Counted from the first letter of the stretch, positions 1-13,317 are shown. The stretch: 64,000 nt of DNA from Camelus dromedarius (GCF_036321535.1 NC_087436.1:81780001-81844000), one strand, 5' to 3'. Numbers and translations: made by a program. The notes: a model not told the origin generated them from the letters alone.

Positions 1-214
1 AGTCACATAACAGTCCAGAATAATTCCAGTGATGGGAGAAAAGCTGCCCCTACACAAATGGAATCAGACCAAGAGAGACTGAGGCAGGAAGCCAGCCTGG
101 GCTGGCACAGAAGTCATTTTCCATGTACTGCTCTCTTTCCTTTATCTTTCTACCTTCAGTAAAAGATTGTTACTTGAAACAAGTCTATATTGGGCCCTTA
201 AAACTCATTAGCCT

Positions 215-333
215 GCAAACTCAGTGAAGGCAAGAACCGTGCTCTTTTTTTTTGCTTATTTTTCTATCAGCATTGCCTAGTCCTGAGCCCAGCAAATTAT
301 TAGACACTCAATAGCTATATGCTGAATGAATGA
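215..333 (+). mobile_element. L2 LINE 3' tail fragment
   Basis: Ends in 'cactcaatagctatatgctgaatgaatga', the typical L2 3' terminus. Confidence 0.6.
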
Positions 334-1187
334 TGAAGCAGCTATGTGGGAGATTAGAAAGTGGTCTAGGCTTATCTTGGGACTTCCAAGGGGAAATAAT
401 TTAGTTTAAATTTTGCAAAAGGTCATGCCTCATTTCAGACTGACATCAGGGAGCAGGGAGGCTCAGTTTAGTGTGCTTGTGGGTAGGGAGAAGGAACACT
501 GCATCAGAAGAGGGCAGTGAGGGAAGTCTGGCAGGTTGGCAGCATCCTGGGTCCACACGGACAGTGTGTTCACAGCAAGAATCCAGGGGAACACTAGGTA
601 GGAAAGCAGTACTCAGCCTCGTTGGAACAAGCAGGGGAGTGACTTTCCACATGTGAGTGGAGGAGGGAAGACCGTTAGGGAAGGAATATATAGACCAGTC
701 TCAACCTGTGAAGCTGAGTGGATGTGAAGATCAGGATCAATGTCTTCTTTTTCATCACTACTCCAACGTGCTACTACTCTAACTTTAAAATGCCTGACAA
801 ATTTCAGGCATCGAAAACTGAGATGTTTGCTCACTTATCCTTAATTGATCTTGATACCATCTCAAGGAGCTGGATAATTTGAGCTTTTCCAACTCTCTTC
901 CCAAATAAGCCCTGACCTGTAGTCGTCTTAGATCCCTTTCACTTAGATTGGAATTTAGGTCCAGATAAAACTAACCCAATTTCTTAGCGGTCCAAGAAAT
1001 CAAGGCTGACTGTGGTCTGAGCCAGACTTCCAGGGCTACTCTAACAACTTTAGGATGTGCCTCCAATGCAAAACAAAGCACAAAGTGAACCTGTCTTGGG
1101 TTGATGAGGGTTAGGGTTAGGTCTGATAGCCTGTATTCATTTACATAGCTAGTATTAAGGGGCACTGTAACCAATTTATAGACGTTT

Positions 1188-1830
1188 TTAATGTTTTATT
1201 ATGGAGAATTTAAAATACACTCAAAAGTAGATAAAATGATATAATGAATACCCAGGTACCCATCTGTGCCAACAAACATAAGCCCATGGCCAATTTTGCT
1301 GTATCTTCACCTCCATCTATTCCTTCTCCCCAGGGATATTGAAGTAGCTCCCAGATATCATATGATTTCACCTATAAATATTTCAGTGTGAATCTCAAAG
1401 ATAATATCTTGTCTTTAAATAGAACTAAAATACCATTATTACACACAAAAAAATTTTCTTGATAATATCAAACATGTATTGTCAGGTATTTGCCTCATAA
1501 ATTTTACAAATAGGTTTTTTTCACCATGCTTATTCTAATCAGGATCCAAATAAGGACCAGATACAGTAAATGACCGTAGTCTTTTGGGTCTCTTTTAATT
1601 TTCAGGCTCCACTTTCAATCCTCTTTTTTTAACTCTTGCAATTCATTTGTTAAAGAATTGTGCTTTTATTTCCTATAGAAGTCCTCGTAGTCTGAGTTTG
1701 ACAGATCACATCTCCTCAGTGTATTCTAACACGTTCTGTCCTCTGGATTCCCTGCAAATTGGTAGTTGGATCTACAGGTTTGATCGGATTCCAGTTTAAT
1801 TCTTTTTTTGCAATATATTAATTTCTATTA
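1188..1830 (-). mobile_element. Old L1 (L1MC-type) 3' end
   Basis: 'ttttattatggagaatttaaaatacactcaaaagtaga...aatgaatacccaggtacccatc' resembles the reverse complement of an L1MC4/5 3' UTR. Confidence 0.6.
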
Positions 1831-2912
1831 AAAAAAAAAAAAAGCCCACCAGAATAATCTCAGTTTGGGTCAAAAACTTATTGACAAATTGTTTTTTCTA
1901 GAATTTGTACTAGAAGATGTGGAACAAAGCATCAAAAACTTTGAATTTGTAACTGGACATAGAGCTCTGGGTTTTATGGAAAAGAACATGCATACACACA
2001 CAAAATACCCCACTAACACCAAAAATAAACATAAGATTTCAAGTAATAATAGCAACAAAACCCCAAACAATAGGAACAATAAATGCAAATTAACCTTAGT
2101 ATCTAAGAAATGCTAAAACCTGAATCAATTACATACTTTCCAGCCCTTTAAATTAAATGTTCAAAACTCTGTTTTTGATTCAAAGAAATGAGTTTTTATC
2201 CCCCCAGATTTTTGTTTGCCTCAGCTAACACTAGAGGGAGGCCAAGATACATCTAAAAACCCATGCTTAAAAAATCAGGCCTCAAATTTTGAAAGATTTC
2301 AATTTTCTTTAAGTTTTTTTAATATATCAAAATTAAATATTAAAAATTATTTATTTTGTGTTTTACAACGAAACATTATACTAAAGTAGCTTTATATCCG
2401 AGCTCTGCCTGTATTATGGAGAAAAAAACAGCCCTTACGTGCTCTGTACAAAGTATAAGACACAAAACGCACCTGTGAAGGCTTCCCTCACTCCAGTTCT
2501 TTTTAAGACAAAGAGAGGTGTAAGAACCTAAGTACAAATTACTTCATAGTGGCTGAATTAAGGTTTTTTTATTTTTAAGAAATTCTAAGTACTTTTTAAG
2601 AGTACAATAACCCAGCTCCCTTATTACAAATTATAATTTTAAAACATTAAACTAAGCATAAAGAAATCCAACACATTTCTACTCTTCCAATGATGATTAA
2701 TTTATTTTGGACGGATTGAGGGAGCTATATCAAATTTTCTCTCTCCAAAATGCAAGTCACTACTCTTGCTAGAGGGCTAAATAAAGCACATGCTTTGTCA
2801 ACCTTGGGAAAATCCAGCTGCACTTCCTGTCCTACAAATGTTAGCTAAAAATGTCAGAACTAAGTAACCTCTCCTTTTACCACAAAATATGCACTCTCCT
2901 TATAACGCTTTA

Positions 2913-3113
2913 CATTAACATAGCTCTTTGAGATTTATAACTCATTTTCACGTGCTATTTATCCTCAAAACTGTATAACTGGAGATTATTAGTCCCACTT
3001 TAAAATAAACCAGCACTCCAAACAGTGAAATATTTTTTGCAAAGCTCCGCAGTTGTTACCTGCACACATGGGATTCAAATCTACAGCCTCTAACTTCTAA
3101 AACTCAGGTACTT
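2913..3113 (-). mobile_element. MIR SINE, degenerate
   Basis: 'attattagtcccactttaaa...gggattcaaatctacagcctctaacttctaaaactc' resembles an antisense MIR core and head. Confidence 0.6.
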
Positions 3114-3548
3114 TGTGACTCCCCTGACAATATCACTGCTAACAATTTCAGTTCCCCCATGAACTAGCCTGTTTCTTGTTGTCAATGCCCGGAAGACTCT
3201 TAGAAGCATCAAAGTGACTCTTACACTTCCCATCTCAACGACTGGACAAGGGACTTTGGAGGCTTGCGCTGAATGGCCAGTCTTAGTGCCAATGAAGACA
3301 CACCCTCAGGCCCTTGGCTCCTTCCAGACAGAGGACTCAGAGCACAGGCTGCACTGTAGCTGTTGAGGCCCAGGGGTCAGGCTCAATGGAGTACACGTCT
3401 GAGAGGCATACAGAGGAGGCAAAGGCTGGGGTTTTTTCATGGCAATCACAAATGTGCCTTTAATCACTGATCGTGAACATCTCCACTAGACAATGAGGGC
3501 AGGGAGAAGTATCAACCATAAACCCAGGGGAATTACAACTCCAGTCCA

Positions 3549-3614
3549 ACATGAAACTGGCATTGTAAATCAACTATACTTCAATAAGAAACAAGAAAAA
3601 AAAAAAAAAAAAAA
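3549..3614 (+). mobile_element. Extremely 5'-truncated L1 3' terminus with poly(A)
   Basis: 'cattgtaaatcaactatacttcaataa' (cetartiodactyl-type L1 3' end) plus A tail. Flanked by AACTCCAGTCCA (3537-3548) and AACTCCACTCCA (3615-3626). Confidence 0.75.
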
Positions 3615-3631
3615 AACTCCACTCCAGGGCC

Positions 3632-3838
3632 AAACGGTGTGCTGATGGATTTTTAACAACCAGCTCTACCAGAGGAGAGGAAAGAACGGTGGTGATTTGT
3701 AGTTTGCCATTTCCCATGGTGTAAGTACTCCCATCATGGCCAAGCTCAATCTACCAAGCATCACTGAATAGAGAGTTGAGAAGCAATGCTAACAGCTCTG
3801 TGCATCACTGCTCCGGCCCTCTGCTTACAGCACCCACT
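3632..3838 (+). mobile_element. MER63A-like hAT-Blackjack non-autonomous DNA transposon
   Basis: 'ggtgtgctgatggatttttaacaaccagctct...gatttgtagtttgccatttcccatggtgtaagtactcccatcatggcc...cagcacccact' matches the recalled MER63 consensus. Confidence 0.75.
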
Positions 3839-4959
3839 CTGGCCCTCCGCCAGCTGTGTGAGTTTTAGAGGAGGCCTGAAGGAAAAAACCTCTTTTCCTC
3901 TTCTGGGCAGTATGAGGATGACTTTTCCATGAGCACAACTGGCTTCCTGAGCCATCCCTCCCTTCTCTCAGGTCTGCCTGCCCAAAGAGGGGTGTTTTCT
4001 GCTTTGACTGCTGTCACGAGATAAAGGTCAGTGACCTCATGCCACGTTTGCCCGGAACAGTAATGGCATTTCACCCTCCTAGCGCCTCCTTTAACTCTCA
4101 GAACTGTCTTGGTTTGGACTATAAACCATGTGACTACAGCACCTTAGGTAAAAAGGAATTGCCCCTGCAGAGTAAGGCCTGCGGGCAGCCAGGAGAAAGG
4201 CTGCCTGTTTCTGGGTTCAGTCCTAGGAAACCCTTTGTTACCACAAAACTGAGACACATTTTAATTTCCATCTGCTTAACTCTATTATCTAGTGCTAATT
4301 ATATTCCAAACCGAGGAAGAGCATTGTTAACAGAGGCATTGCTTTTGGAGACCTTTAGAAAATTAACAGAGAACCCTGAAAGTTGCATGGCTGTGCCTCC
4401 TAGGCAAGAAGAAAGAAGTTCACACACAGACACAAAGAGACCAGGTTTCCCTCAACAAGGACCCACAAGCTCCCAAAGTTATATTAAGTAAACAAAAGGT
4501 AAGCAGTTTTACTGAGAACTTACCCATCAACAACACTGCCACATTAAAAGTTTAGAATTAAATAGGAGTGACGTTCTGAGGTATAAATCACCACCAGGAG
4601 TATGTAGGATACGTCATACTATTTGTCGTTGCCTAAGTGTATTTATGCCAGCTACCATTAGAGGGACCCTCTGATCTCCAAGTATCATTTTCCCCTAATC
4701 ATAGCTGCCCTTCTCTCCAGTGAATAAGCTCCACTTTCTTCAGCCCCTCATCTGTGTATCTACAAAGAAGATGCTGTGGAACACCCAAGTGGCACTCAGT
4801 AAAATTACAAAGCTCTTAATATTTGCGGAGCAGGTAAGTATGCATTATTTCCGACTGTATCTCTAAACTACCTTCTCATCTTAAATCAAAGTTCACCTGG
4901 CCATACCTTTAGATCAAATATGGAATTGATCATTTACTTTTTAATGGTTACATTCAATT

Positions 4960-5177
4960 ACAAAGAATCACAACTGGCTTATACAGCTCAATAGCAAAAA
5001 AAAAAAAAAAATCAAATAACCCAATTAAAAAATGAACCTGAATAAACATTTTTCCAAAGAAGACATATGAATGACCAACAGGTGCATGAAAAGGTGCTCA
5101 ACATCAGTAATCATCAGGTAAATGCAAACCAAAATCACAATGGTATATCACCTCACACCTGTTAGGATGTCTATTAC
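4960..5177 (+). mobile_element. L1 ORF2 C-terminal fragment
   Basis: 'aacatttttccaaagaagacata...gctcaacatcagtaatcatcagg..aaatgcaaaccaaaatcacaatg..atatcacctcacacctgttaggatg' is L1 ORF2 3' region. The same region recurs at about 6130-6340. Confidence 0.85.
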
Positions 5178-5178
5178 C

Positions 5179-6648
5179 TTGTTAGAACTAATAAACCAAT
5201 TCAGTAAAGTTGCAGCATACAAAAATCAGTTACATTTCACTGCACTAATAATGAACTATCAGAAATAGAAATTAAGAAAATAATCTCATTTACAATTGCA
5301 CCAAAAGGAATAAAATACTTAGGAATAAACTTAACTAAAGGGGTGAAAGATCTGTATGTTGAAATCTATAAGACATTCCATGCTCATGGATTGAAAGAAT
5401 TAATGTTTTTAATGTCCCTACTACCCAAAGTAATCTATAGATTCAATGCAATCTTTACCAAAATTCTAATGTCATTTTTTGGAAAAAAGGGAAAATAATC
5501 CTAAAATTTGTATGGAATCATAAAAGACCCCAAATAGCCAAAGCAATCTTGAGACAGAAGAACAAAGTTGGAGGCATCACACTTACTGATTTCAGACTAT
5601 ATTACAAAGCTATATGGTACGATATTGGCATAAAAATAGACACACAGATCAATGGAGCAGAACAGAAAGCCCAGAAATAAACCTATAACTACACAGTCGA
5701 TTAATTTATGACAAAGGAGGAAAGACTATACAAAGGGCAAAGGATAATCTCTTTAATAAATGGTGTTGGGAAAACTGGACAGTCACATGCAAAAGAATGA
5801 AACTGGATCACTATCTTACACCAGACACAAAAATAAACTCAAAATGGATTAAATACTTAAATTTAAGACCTGTAACTGCAAAACTCCTGAAAGAAAACAA
5901 ACAGGGTAAGCTTCTCAATATCGGTCTTGACAATGACTTTTTTGGATTTGATACCAAAAGCAAATGCTACAAAAGCAAAAATGAACATGTGGAACTATAC
6001 CAAATTTAAAAGCTTCTGTACAGCAAAGAAAATGATCAACAAAATGAAGACACAACCTATGAAATGTGAGGAAATATCTGCAAATCATATATCTGATAAG
6101 GGGTTAATACTCAAAATATATAAAGATCTCACACAACTCCATGGCAAAAAAAAAAAAAAAAAAAAACCCAGACAATTTGATTTTAGGATGGGCAGAGGAA
6201 CTGAATAGACATTTTCCAAAGAAGATACACAAATGGCCAACAGACATTAACAGAAAAATGCTCAACATCATGAATCATCAGGGAAATGAAAATGAAAACC
6301 ACACTGAGATACCACCTGACAATTGTCAGAATGGCTATAACAAAAAGACCACAAATAGTAAGTGTTGGTGAGGATGCAGAGAAAAGGGAACCCTTGTGCA
6401 CTGGTGGTGGGAATGTAAACTGATGCTGCCACTATGGAAAACAGTATGGATGTTACTCAAAAAAATTAAAATAGAACTACCATATGACCCAGCAATTCCA
6501 CTTACGAAGGTCTCTCCAAAGGAAGTGAGAACAGAATATCATAGAGATATCTGCACTCCCATGTTCAATGCAGCATTATTCACAATATTCAAGATACAGA
6601 AACAACTTAAGTGTCCATCAATAGATGAATGGATAAATCAGATGTGAG

Positions 6649-6689
<41 letters not shown>

Positions 6690-7041
6690 GGAATATTATT
6701 CGGCCTTAAAAAAGGAAATCCTGCCATTTGCAACAACATGGATGGAGCTGGAGGGCATTACACTAAGTAAAATGTCAGATGGAGAAAGACAAAGTGGAAT
6801 GAGCCAAACAGCATGGTATCACTTATATGCGGAATCTTTTTTTAAAAAAAACAAGTCAAACTTATAGAAACAAAGAGTAGAACAGTGGTTGCTGGGAGCT
6901 GGGGGAAATGGGGAGAAACTGGTAAGAGCACAAACTTTGGGTTATAAGATGAGTAAGTTCTAAGTACAGCATGGTGACTCTAATCAGTAATACTGTATTG
7001 TATAATTGAAATTTGCTAAGAAAGTAGCTCTGAAGCATTTT
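5179..7041 (+). mobile_element. 5'-truncated L1 (L1MA9-like): decayed ORF2 3' half plus 3' UTR
   Basis: ORF fragments 5797-6647 translate to L1 ORF2 motifs ([57 protein letters not shown]) broken by frameshifts. The 3' UTR 'gttataagatgagtaagttc...gaaatttgctaagaaagtag' is L1MA9-like. Confidence 0.9.
6650..6687 (+). repeat. (CA)n microsatellite inside L1
   Basis: Direct reading of the ACAC run. Confidence 0.95.
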
Positions 7042-7108
7042 TGGAAAGACAGGAAGGAAGGAAGAAATTACTACTGGATGTCCACATCACTTGTAGGGGG
7101 CAACTAGA

Positions 7109-7196
7109 TTTGTTTATTTATGGAGGTACTGGAGATTGAATCCGGGATCTAATGCATGCTGAGCACAAGCTCTAACACTGGACTATACTCTCCCCC
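7109..7196 (-). mobile_element. tRNA-Ala-derived camelid SINE (Vic-1 type)
   Basis: Reverse complement GGGGGAGAGTATAGTCCAGTGTTAGAGC...GGATTCAATCTCCAGTACCTCCA plus A-rich tail, resembling tRNA-Ala(AGC). Confidence 0.85.
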
Positions 7197-7769
7197 GACC
7201 CACAGAGTTTTTACAATTAGAATTTTGTTAAGTGAAACATTCCTTTCAAGCAAGTTACCTGCCACCTATGCTTTCAAACTCCTCCCAATTAGTGTCTGGA
7301 GAGTATGGAACAGCTGGACCTCAGGATAACACACAGAGAGACAGACACACTCATAGAAGGTACAGTGTAGAAAGTTGCACAAAAGTGGCTCTGCATTCCA
7401 GATTACTGTAATCAAACATTAAAGGGGAGGTTTACCCTATCCTGGTTCTGCCTAACTGTGATCAGCAGCAGCTGAGTTGTAAGTGCACCAGGAACCTACA
7501 CGTAAGTTCGTGACCAAAGGCAGGGTGGGGATGAATGCAGCAAGAACACTTCCAAACAATTCTGCTGATGCACTTGTTGGTTCGGTTATTTTCCTGCCAG
7601 GGTCACACAGATACACCCATAGGCGGTGCCTCCAGATCAAGAAAGGCAGTGGAAATGTGTCAGATGTTCAGTTCATCAATCAGCAAGACAAAAGGCCACC
7701 CATATAATTCACTGTCCAAAGAGGATTTTTTTTCTTTAATAATTGATTTTGGTTTCTTGCTATAAACCA

Positions 7770-8232
7770 CTAGTCACCTATCCAACATATAGTCTCTTCT
7801 TTTTCCTTAATAACAGAACTTTGATTTAATTCCAAGCAGTGGTGTGTCCAGCTAAATGACTGCATTTACTAACCTCTCCTGCAGTTAGGGATGGCTGATG
7901 AACAGTAAGTGGGCCTTTAGAGAAAGCTCCTGAAGACCAATAGCTAAAGTATGACTTTTTGTCCTTTATGCTTCCTGCCTGGAACATATATGTGATGTCT
8001 CAAACCCTAGCAACGATCTTGTACCATAAGATAACCTTGGAGATAGAAACCACATCTGTGAATGGTGGAGAAAAAAGAGAAAGAGCCTGGATCCTTGATG
8101 CCACTTTAGATGGCCCATCTAGAGCCTGGGGTCTCTCTTCAGCAGTCCCTTATGAAAGAAAAAAAAAAAGTCCATCTTGTTAAATTCCTATGTGTGTTAC
8201 TAGCAGTTGAATGAAATTTACAACTAATATAC
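7770..8232 (+). mobile_element. MaLR LTR (MLT1J/K-like)
   Basis: 'taataacagaactttgattt...cctctcctgcagttaggg...cttcctgcctggaac...gagcctggatccttgatg...gttactagcagttgaa...ctaatataca'. Confidence 0.75.
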
Positions 8233-8769
8233 AGGCTCTATGAATCGCCTAAGTTACCTGAAAACTGCTCAATACCCACATCATTTTGAATATGGAATGG
8301 ATATAGAAACAAAACTTTAAAATTAACCGTAATGGTTACGGTGATTTGATTCTTAAACCCAAAATTAGGTCACACAATAAGAACAGCTTGAATCTCCTTA
8401 CAGGATAAGCAGATCATCACTCATTTGAAATCAAGGCTGTGCTAGAACACCCAGATCATAGGATTCCACTTGAGTTATTAAGTTCAAGCACGTTGCAGTC
8501 ATCCTGACCTGATTTTCCATTTCATCAGGAAGGAGATAAGTTTGAGTACTGGGTAATATACACTACCCTAACCAGGAGTTTCACTTTAGTACATAATCTC
8601 CAAAAGTAACTTCACAAAGGGTTCTGGGCCTCCTGAAATTCCTATCCCCCCATGAACTGTGTTTACTTGAAGTGATTACACCTGTGCTTCTCTCTCCGCA
8701 CCGAGGAAGGAGCACCGCTTGCACGTTAACCTATAGAACTCAGGTCTGTATATTTAATACTTGCCTTAC

Positions 8770-8915
8770 TTAAGCCCTCTGTATCTGTTTCCCTATAAGA
8801 GGATAATACTTACCTTTCCTCCGAGATGTGTTATGATGTTTAATTAGTGTTTACAAAGTATGTAGTAAGCTGCAGATGAAAGATGCTAAAGAAGCAGAAA
8901 GTAGTATCATTAGTC
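8770..8915 (+). mobile_element. Ancient MIR3/amniote MIR-like SINE 3' part
   Basis: 'ggataatacttacc...taattagtgtttacaaag...cagatgaaagatgctaaagaagcagaaagtagtatcatt' resembles the MIR3/MIR-Amn tail. Confidence 0.55.
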
Positions 8916-11194
8916 TGACTCATCGGTCACCCTTATTAGGTATGCAAAGTGAAAGTCATGTTGCTACAACTAACACAGTTATGAATACACATTAGGTCAA
9001 ATGTAAGTCTCACAGAAACTTAAATCTATATACCACATCTACAAAGCAAACACCTGAAACTCCTTATTATTAGAGCAATGTGATTCTTTTCTCTAGTAAC
9101 TACTTGAAACCCCTTAATTTTTAGGAATATAAACTGGTTAGAAGTTTAGAGTAGTGATGAAAATATAGTATCTTTGTTAAACATCTGAACTTCTTTATAC
9201 TTCAATATGAAGATAAGGATTCAATCTGCAGTGATGTGAAACTCCATACAACTTGGAAAAAACTTGATTCTTTTGCAATTGAAATTAGCAAGAATACCCT
9301 GAATTTCATAGGTAATTTAAACAATAAATTGATAACCATAAAAGTTTAGTACAACTGATGTTGCCTGAGTTCAAATATGCACTATGTTGAGGTACATGTT
9401 ATTTTATATACAGTATATTTTATATACTAAATATACAACTATATTTATATAGTAAGTACATATTAAGATTTCACATATTTCTGAACCAAGGAATCATTTA
9501 CACTATATATACTGTCTTGACATACAGAACTAAAATACCATTTTATTGTGTGTCATGGGGCTCTTTTTCAAGCTCTACATCCTAATGCCCTATTGCTGTG
9601 TAGCAGAAAGAGAATTAGGAACTAAGAAAAGCCCTCCTGACGAGAAGAGTTCACTCTCCTACAACTAGTTGGGGTAAATGCATACTATCCATCTATAGTT
9701 TACACTGGGTGTACAGTTTCCAAGAGAACCAATAGTCTTAAAAGAGAAAACACAGCATACACACACACACATTACTGTAAAATCAAAGAATGAACCCAAC
9801 GCAGTTCTGAGAGACATTACAACAGCATTCATCACTACGTGTGTCAGAGAATGAAATGATGACTGTCCTTCATTGAGAAAAGTACAATATTTTGAACTTT
9901 TCTCCCAACTTCCACACAATTTGGTGAATTTGGAAACTGGTGACCTAGTCAGGGTTACATGGAAGTTAAAAAGACACATCCATTTCATCCCAAAAAAGCA
10001 CAAAGTTAACATTCTCCTGAGTTGAAAGTAAAGACTTTTTGGAGTCAATTAACCTCTTATAAAAAAAAAATTAAGACAGAGAGAGTAGGAAATTGCATTA
10101 CAGGATAGAAGCAACTTTTAAAGGTCAGCAGCTTTAGTGACACCTTAACCAGTCCAAATATAGTCACCCAAGTATTACAAATAATCTGAAATTACTTTCT
10201 TCTACCTCTACAATGACTAAATTTCTCACCTCCATTTCTTCTTTTCTTCCTTAAAAGTGTTGTGACCCACACATTTACAAGCTGGATGTCCCCAAAATAG
10301 TCACCACCCCCTTCTATTGTCACATATTTTAAAATATATTATGTGAATTAAAATGGAAAGAATCCCTACCCTGCATACGATGGAACACCAGCATCTCCCA
10401 CCTCATTCCTAATATCTTAATGAACTCTAAAGGACCTTCCATTACTCTGAGTCACTTCCTCAGAGTTCTCGCTTCTGCTGAATTGCCAAGTGTCATCTTT
10501 ATATTTCCTTAGCTTACTCCATGTTGACTCAACATAGAATACATTCCAAAACACTAATTTCCTGAAAATACTAATCTGGGAAGGTCTTTTCACACTATAG
10601 TTTTATTGAAGTTTCAATGACAACATGAGGTTAGAAGTATACTGTATCACAGAACACAGCAAAAGATTTAAAATGGAATTCAGTATTTCTTCTATTCAAA
10701 GACACATTTTACTCATTTTAATGTGCTTGGAATTTTGATAAATCTTACAACCAATCTGTGAAATTAAAATATTGCCATATTTTCTTCTGAAAAGATTTTA
10801 TTAAATTGACAATATATCACATTATCCACAGTAACCTAAAACCACAGAGATTTTCTTAAAAGTCTGTTTTCTTAAAAGTCCAAAGCTATACCCGCAATCA
10901 GGAGCTTTTCATTGATCGTCTCCTTTGGGATCCTCACTCTGTCCTACTCCCACTGCAACATCCCTTCCATCCCCTCCTATTGTTTCCTGTCTCCCAGTTT
11001 TTCCCCAGATTGCTCCTGTAGGCCTCATAAACCTTCTTGTTTATTTATCTTTATGTCTCCCCTAGACCACTCTCATGCACTGAATTTTATTTTCCACTAC
11101 AATATGGCCCATCAAGATGACTGACTAAAGAAAGTTTTCTTTTTGAAAATTTTTCTTGAAAGCTTTTTTCCTCTTTGCTTTCTCTTTTTTCAAT

Positions 11195-11377
11195 TTTTAA
11201 AAATGTTTTAATTTGAGACATAATTGACATGTAACATTGTATAAGTTTAAGGCGTATAATATGTGGATTTGAAGAATTTATATATTGCAAGATGGTTACC
11301 ACCACAGCATGAGCTAACACCTCTATAACATCAAGTAACTATCATTTCTTTCTTACTGTGAGAACATTTAAGATCTC
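11195..11377 (-). mobile_element. L1 3' end (L1MA9/10-like)
   Basis: 'ttgagacataattgacatgtaacattgtataagtttaagg...gtgagaacatttaagatct' is an antisense L1MA 3' terminus. Confidence 0.8.
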
Positions 11378-11387
11378 AATAGTTTTT

Positions 11388-11479
11388 AATTAGGTTTATT
11401 TAATGGAGGTCCCGGGGGCTGAATCCAGGAACTCATGCATGCTAATCATGTGCTCTACCACTGAGCTATACTCTCCCCC
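11388..11479 (-). mobile_element. Vic-1-type tRNA-Ala SINE with perfect TSD
   Basis: Antisense tRNA-Ala-like body. AAGATCTCAATAGTTTTT is duplicated at 11370-11387 and 11480-11497. On the minus strand the target reads TT/AAAAA, the L1 endonuclease consensus. Confidence 0.9.
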
Positions 11480-11899
11480 AAGATCTCAATAGTTTTTAAA
11501 TGTACATCTTTTCCCTCTACTCCATCCATTTTTCAAATTAACTTTCTTACTACATAGAATGTTTCCAAAACCTGTAATTAATATTCTTCTCTTTTTACAT
11601 TCTTTCCCTTGGAACTCTTATCCAGTTTGATAGCAAAGGTATCCTACCTTTCATTCTTCAACTTTTATCTCTCTTTTATATTCTGGACTTACATTTCCAT
11701 TCTGAAGGGTGTCTTCACCCAAACTTACCATACACGCACCTTAAGTCAAAGAAAAATAAGGAAATTGTTGCGAGGCTCTTATTCCGTGTGGATCATCAAT
11801 ATGGACTACAGAGTAAAGTAACAAAGGTTTACTCTAGGAAGAAGAGTGAGATCCAGTTGTCAAGGGCCTCAGTCAGAAGATCATGGTTTACCAAATGCC

Positions 11900-13131
11900 T
11901 CTGAAGTCTCAAAGCAGGGGCTGCTGATACAGGATTGTAGAACAGTAATGTAAAGGTGAGCATTAAAATCAACCTACATGTCCAGACTTCAAAGTCATGA
12001 TATACAAAATTAAAGGCATCATCTTCTGTTCCTGACTTTCCCATCTCTGTTAATGGAACTCTGATTTTCCTACTCACACAATTTCAAAAAATTTAACTTT
12101 GACTCTTCTGTCTCCATCTTACCCTATATTCCCTTCTTTTGTGTAGTTCTTTCACTTCAGACGCTAAAACTCCCTTTCCTTTTGCTACCCCATAATCTTT
12201 CAATAAAATGGGCACCTAAAGTGTCTCTCTAGTCTCAAATTTCTTTTCATTTAATCTAATCCTTCCCATCTACTGCTACCAGTAAACAGATTTTCATAAA
12301 GTACAACACTGATGATATCACTTCCCCATAAAATCTTCAAAGGCTCTTTATTACCTACCAAATTGAGTACACTCTACATAGTAACCACCCCATTGCCAAA
12401 TCCAAGGGTCAGTTCTCAGTCTTTACTTTATTCAACCAGTCAAAAGCATTTGACAATTAATCTCTAACTTGGATTTCTACAATTGGCCTCCTCCTCCAAT
12501 TCTTACCTAATAATTTATTTCATAAACAGCCACGGTGTAACTTTTAAAACATTAAGTTAGACTATGTCTCTATTATAATTAAAGTCCTCCAATGGCTTCT
12601 TCCTGTATCACTTAGGGTGAAATTCAAAGCAAAATTCAACTTAATGGCCTGCAGGACTCTTCATAATGTGGTTGGCTACCCACTACCTCCCTGACCTCAT
12701 CCTCTACCACAGTCCCCCACTTTTTTAACCCCACTCTAAACACACCTGCTTCTTGCTGTTACGAAGGACAAGAAGCATGCTTCCACCTCCAGGGCTTTGC
12801 AATAGCTGTTGCCTTGACCTTGGTGCTGCTTGGTTCTCTGACTCATTCAAATGTCTATTCAAGTATCATCACACTAGAGAGCTCTTCTCTCTCCACGCTG
12901 TTTAAATAACATTCCCGCAACCTACCCAGGTACTCCCTATTCTCATAACAATTAGCACCGTTTGAAATATTATATTTGTGTAATATTCTATATTGTCTGT
13001 TTCTTCCCACTAGAAGGTAAGCTCTCTGACAACAAGGCCTTTGTTTCTTTTACAGCTGTATTCCCAGAGACTAAAAGAGTCCCTTATACTTAGTAGATGT
13101 CCAATAAATATATGTTGAATGAATGAATGAA
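11900..13131 (+). mobile_element. L2 LINE fragments ending in an L2a-type 3' tail
   Basis: 'ttgccaaatccaagggtcagttctcagtc...agcatttgaca' (L2 RT region) and the terminal 'caataaatatatgttgaatgaatgaatga'. Confidence 0.75.
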
Positions 13132-13317
13132 TCTCTCACAGAATGACCCTTCCTCCAGAAACCCTACGCTAGCGTAGTGCAACCCCCACCTGTGGGCCTA
13201 GGACCTAGGAGGTATCAGAGCAATGTAAAAGGGTCTGTGAATTCACGTCAGTCCAATTATTATCTGTAAACTATATAAATTTCTGCTATATATGTTTTTA
13301 ACTTAAAAACAATTGTT

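Noticed and set aside
4039..4491. 150-aa ATG-initiated ORF
   Set aside because: No recognisable homology or domain, and no supporting promoter or CpG island.
5797..6647. Four overlapping ORFs with real protein motifs
   Set aside because: They are frameshifted L1 ORF2 remnants, not a host gene.
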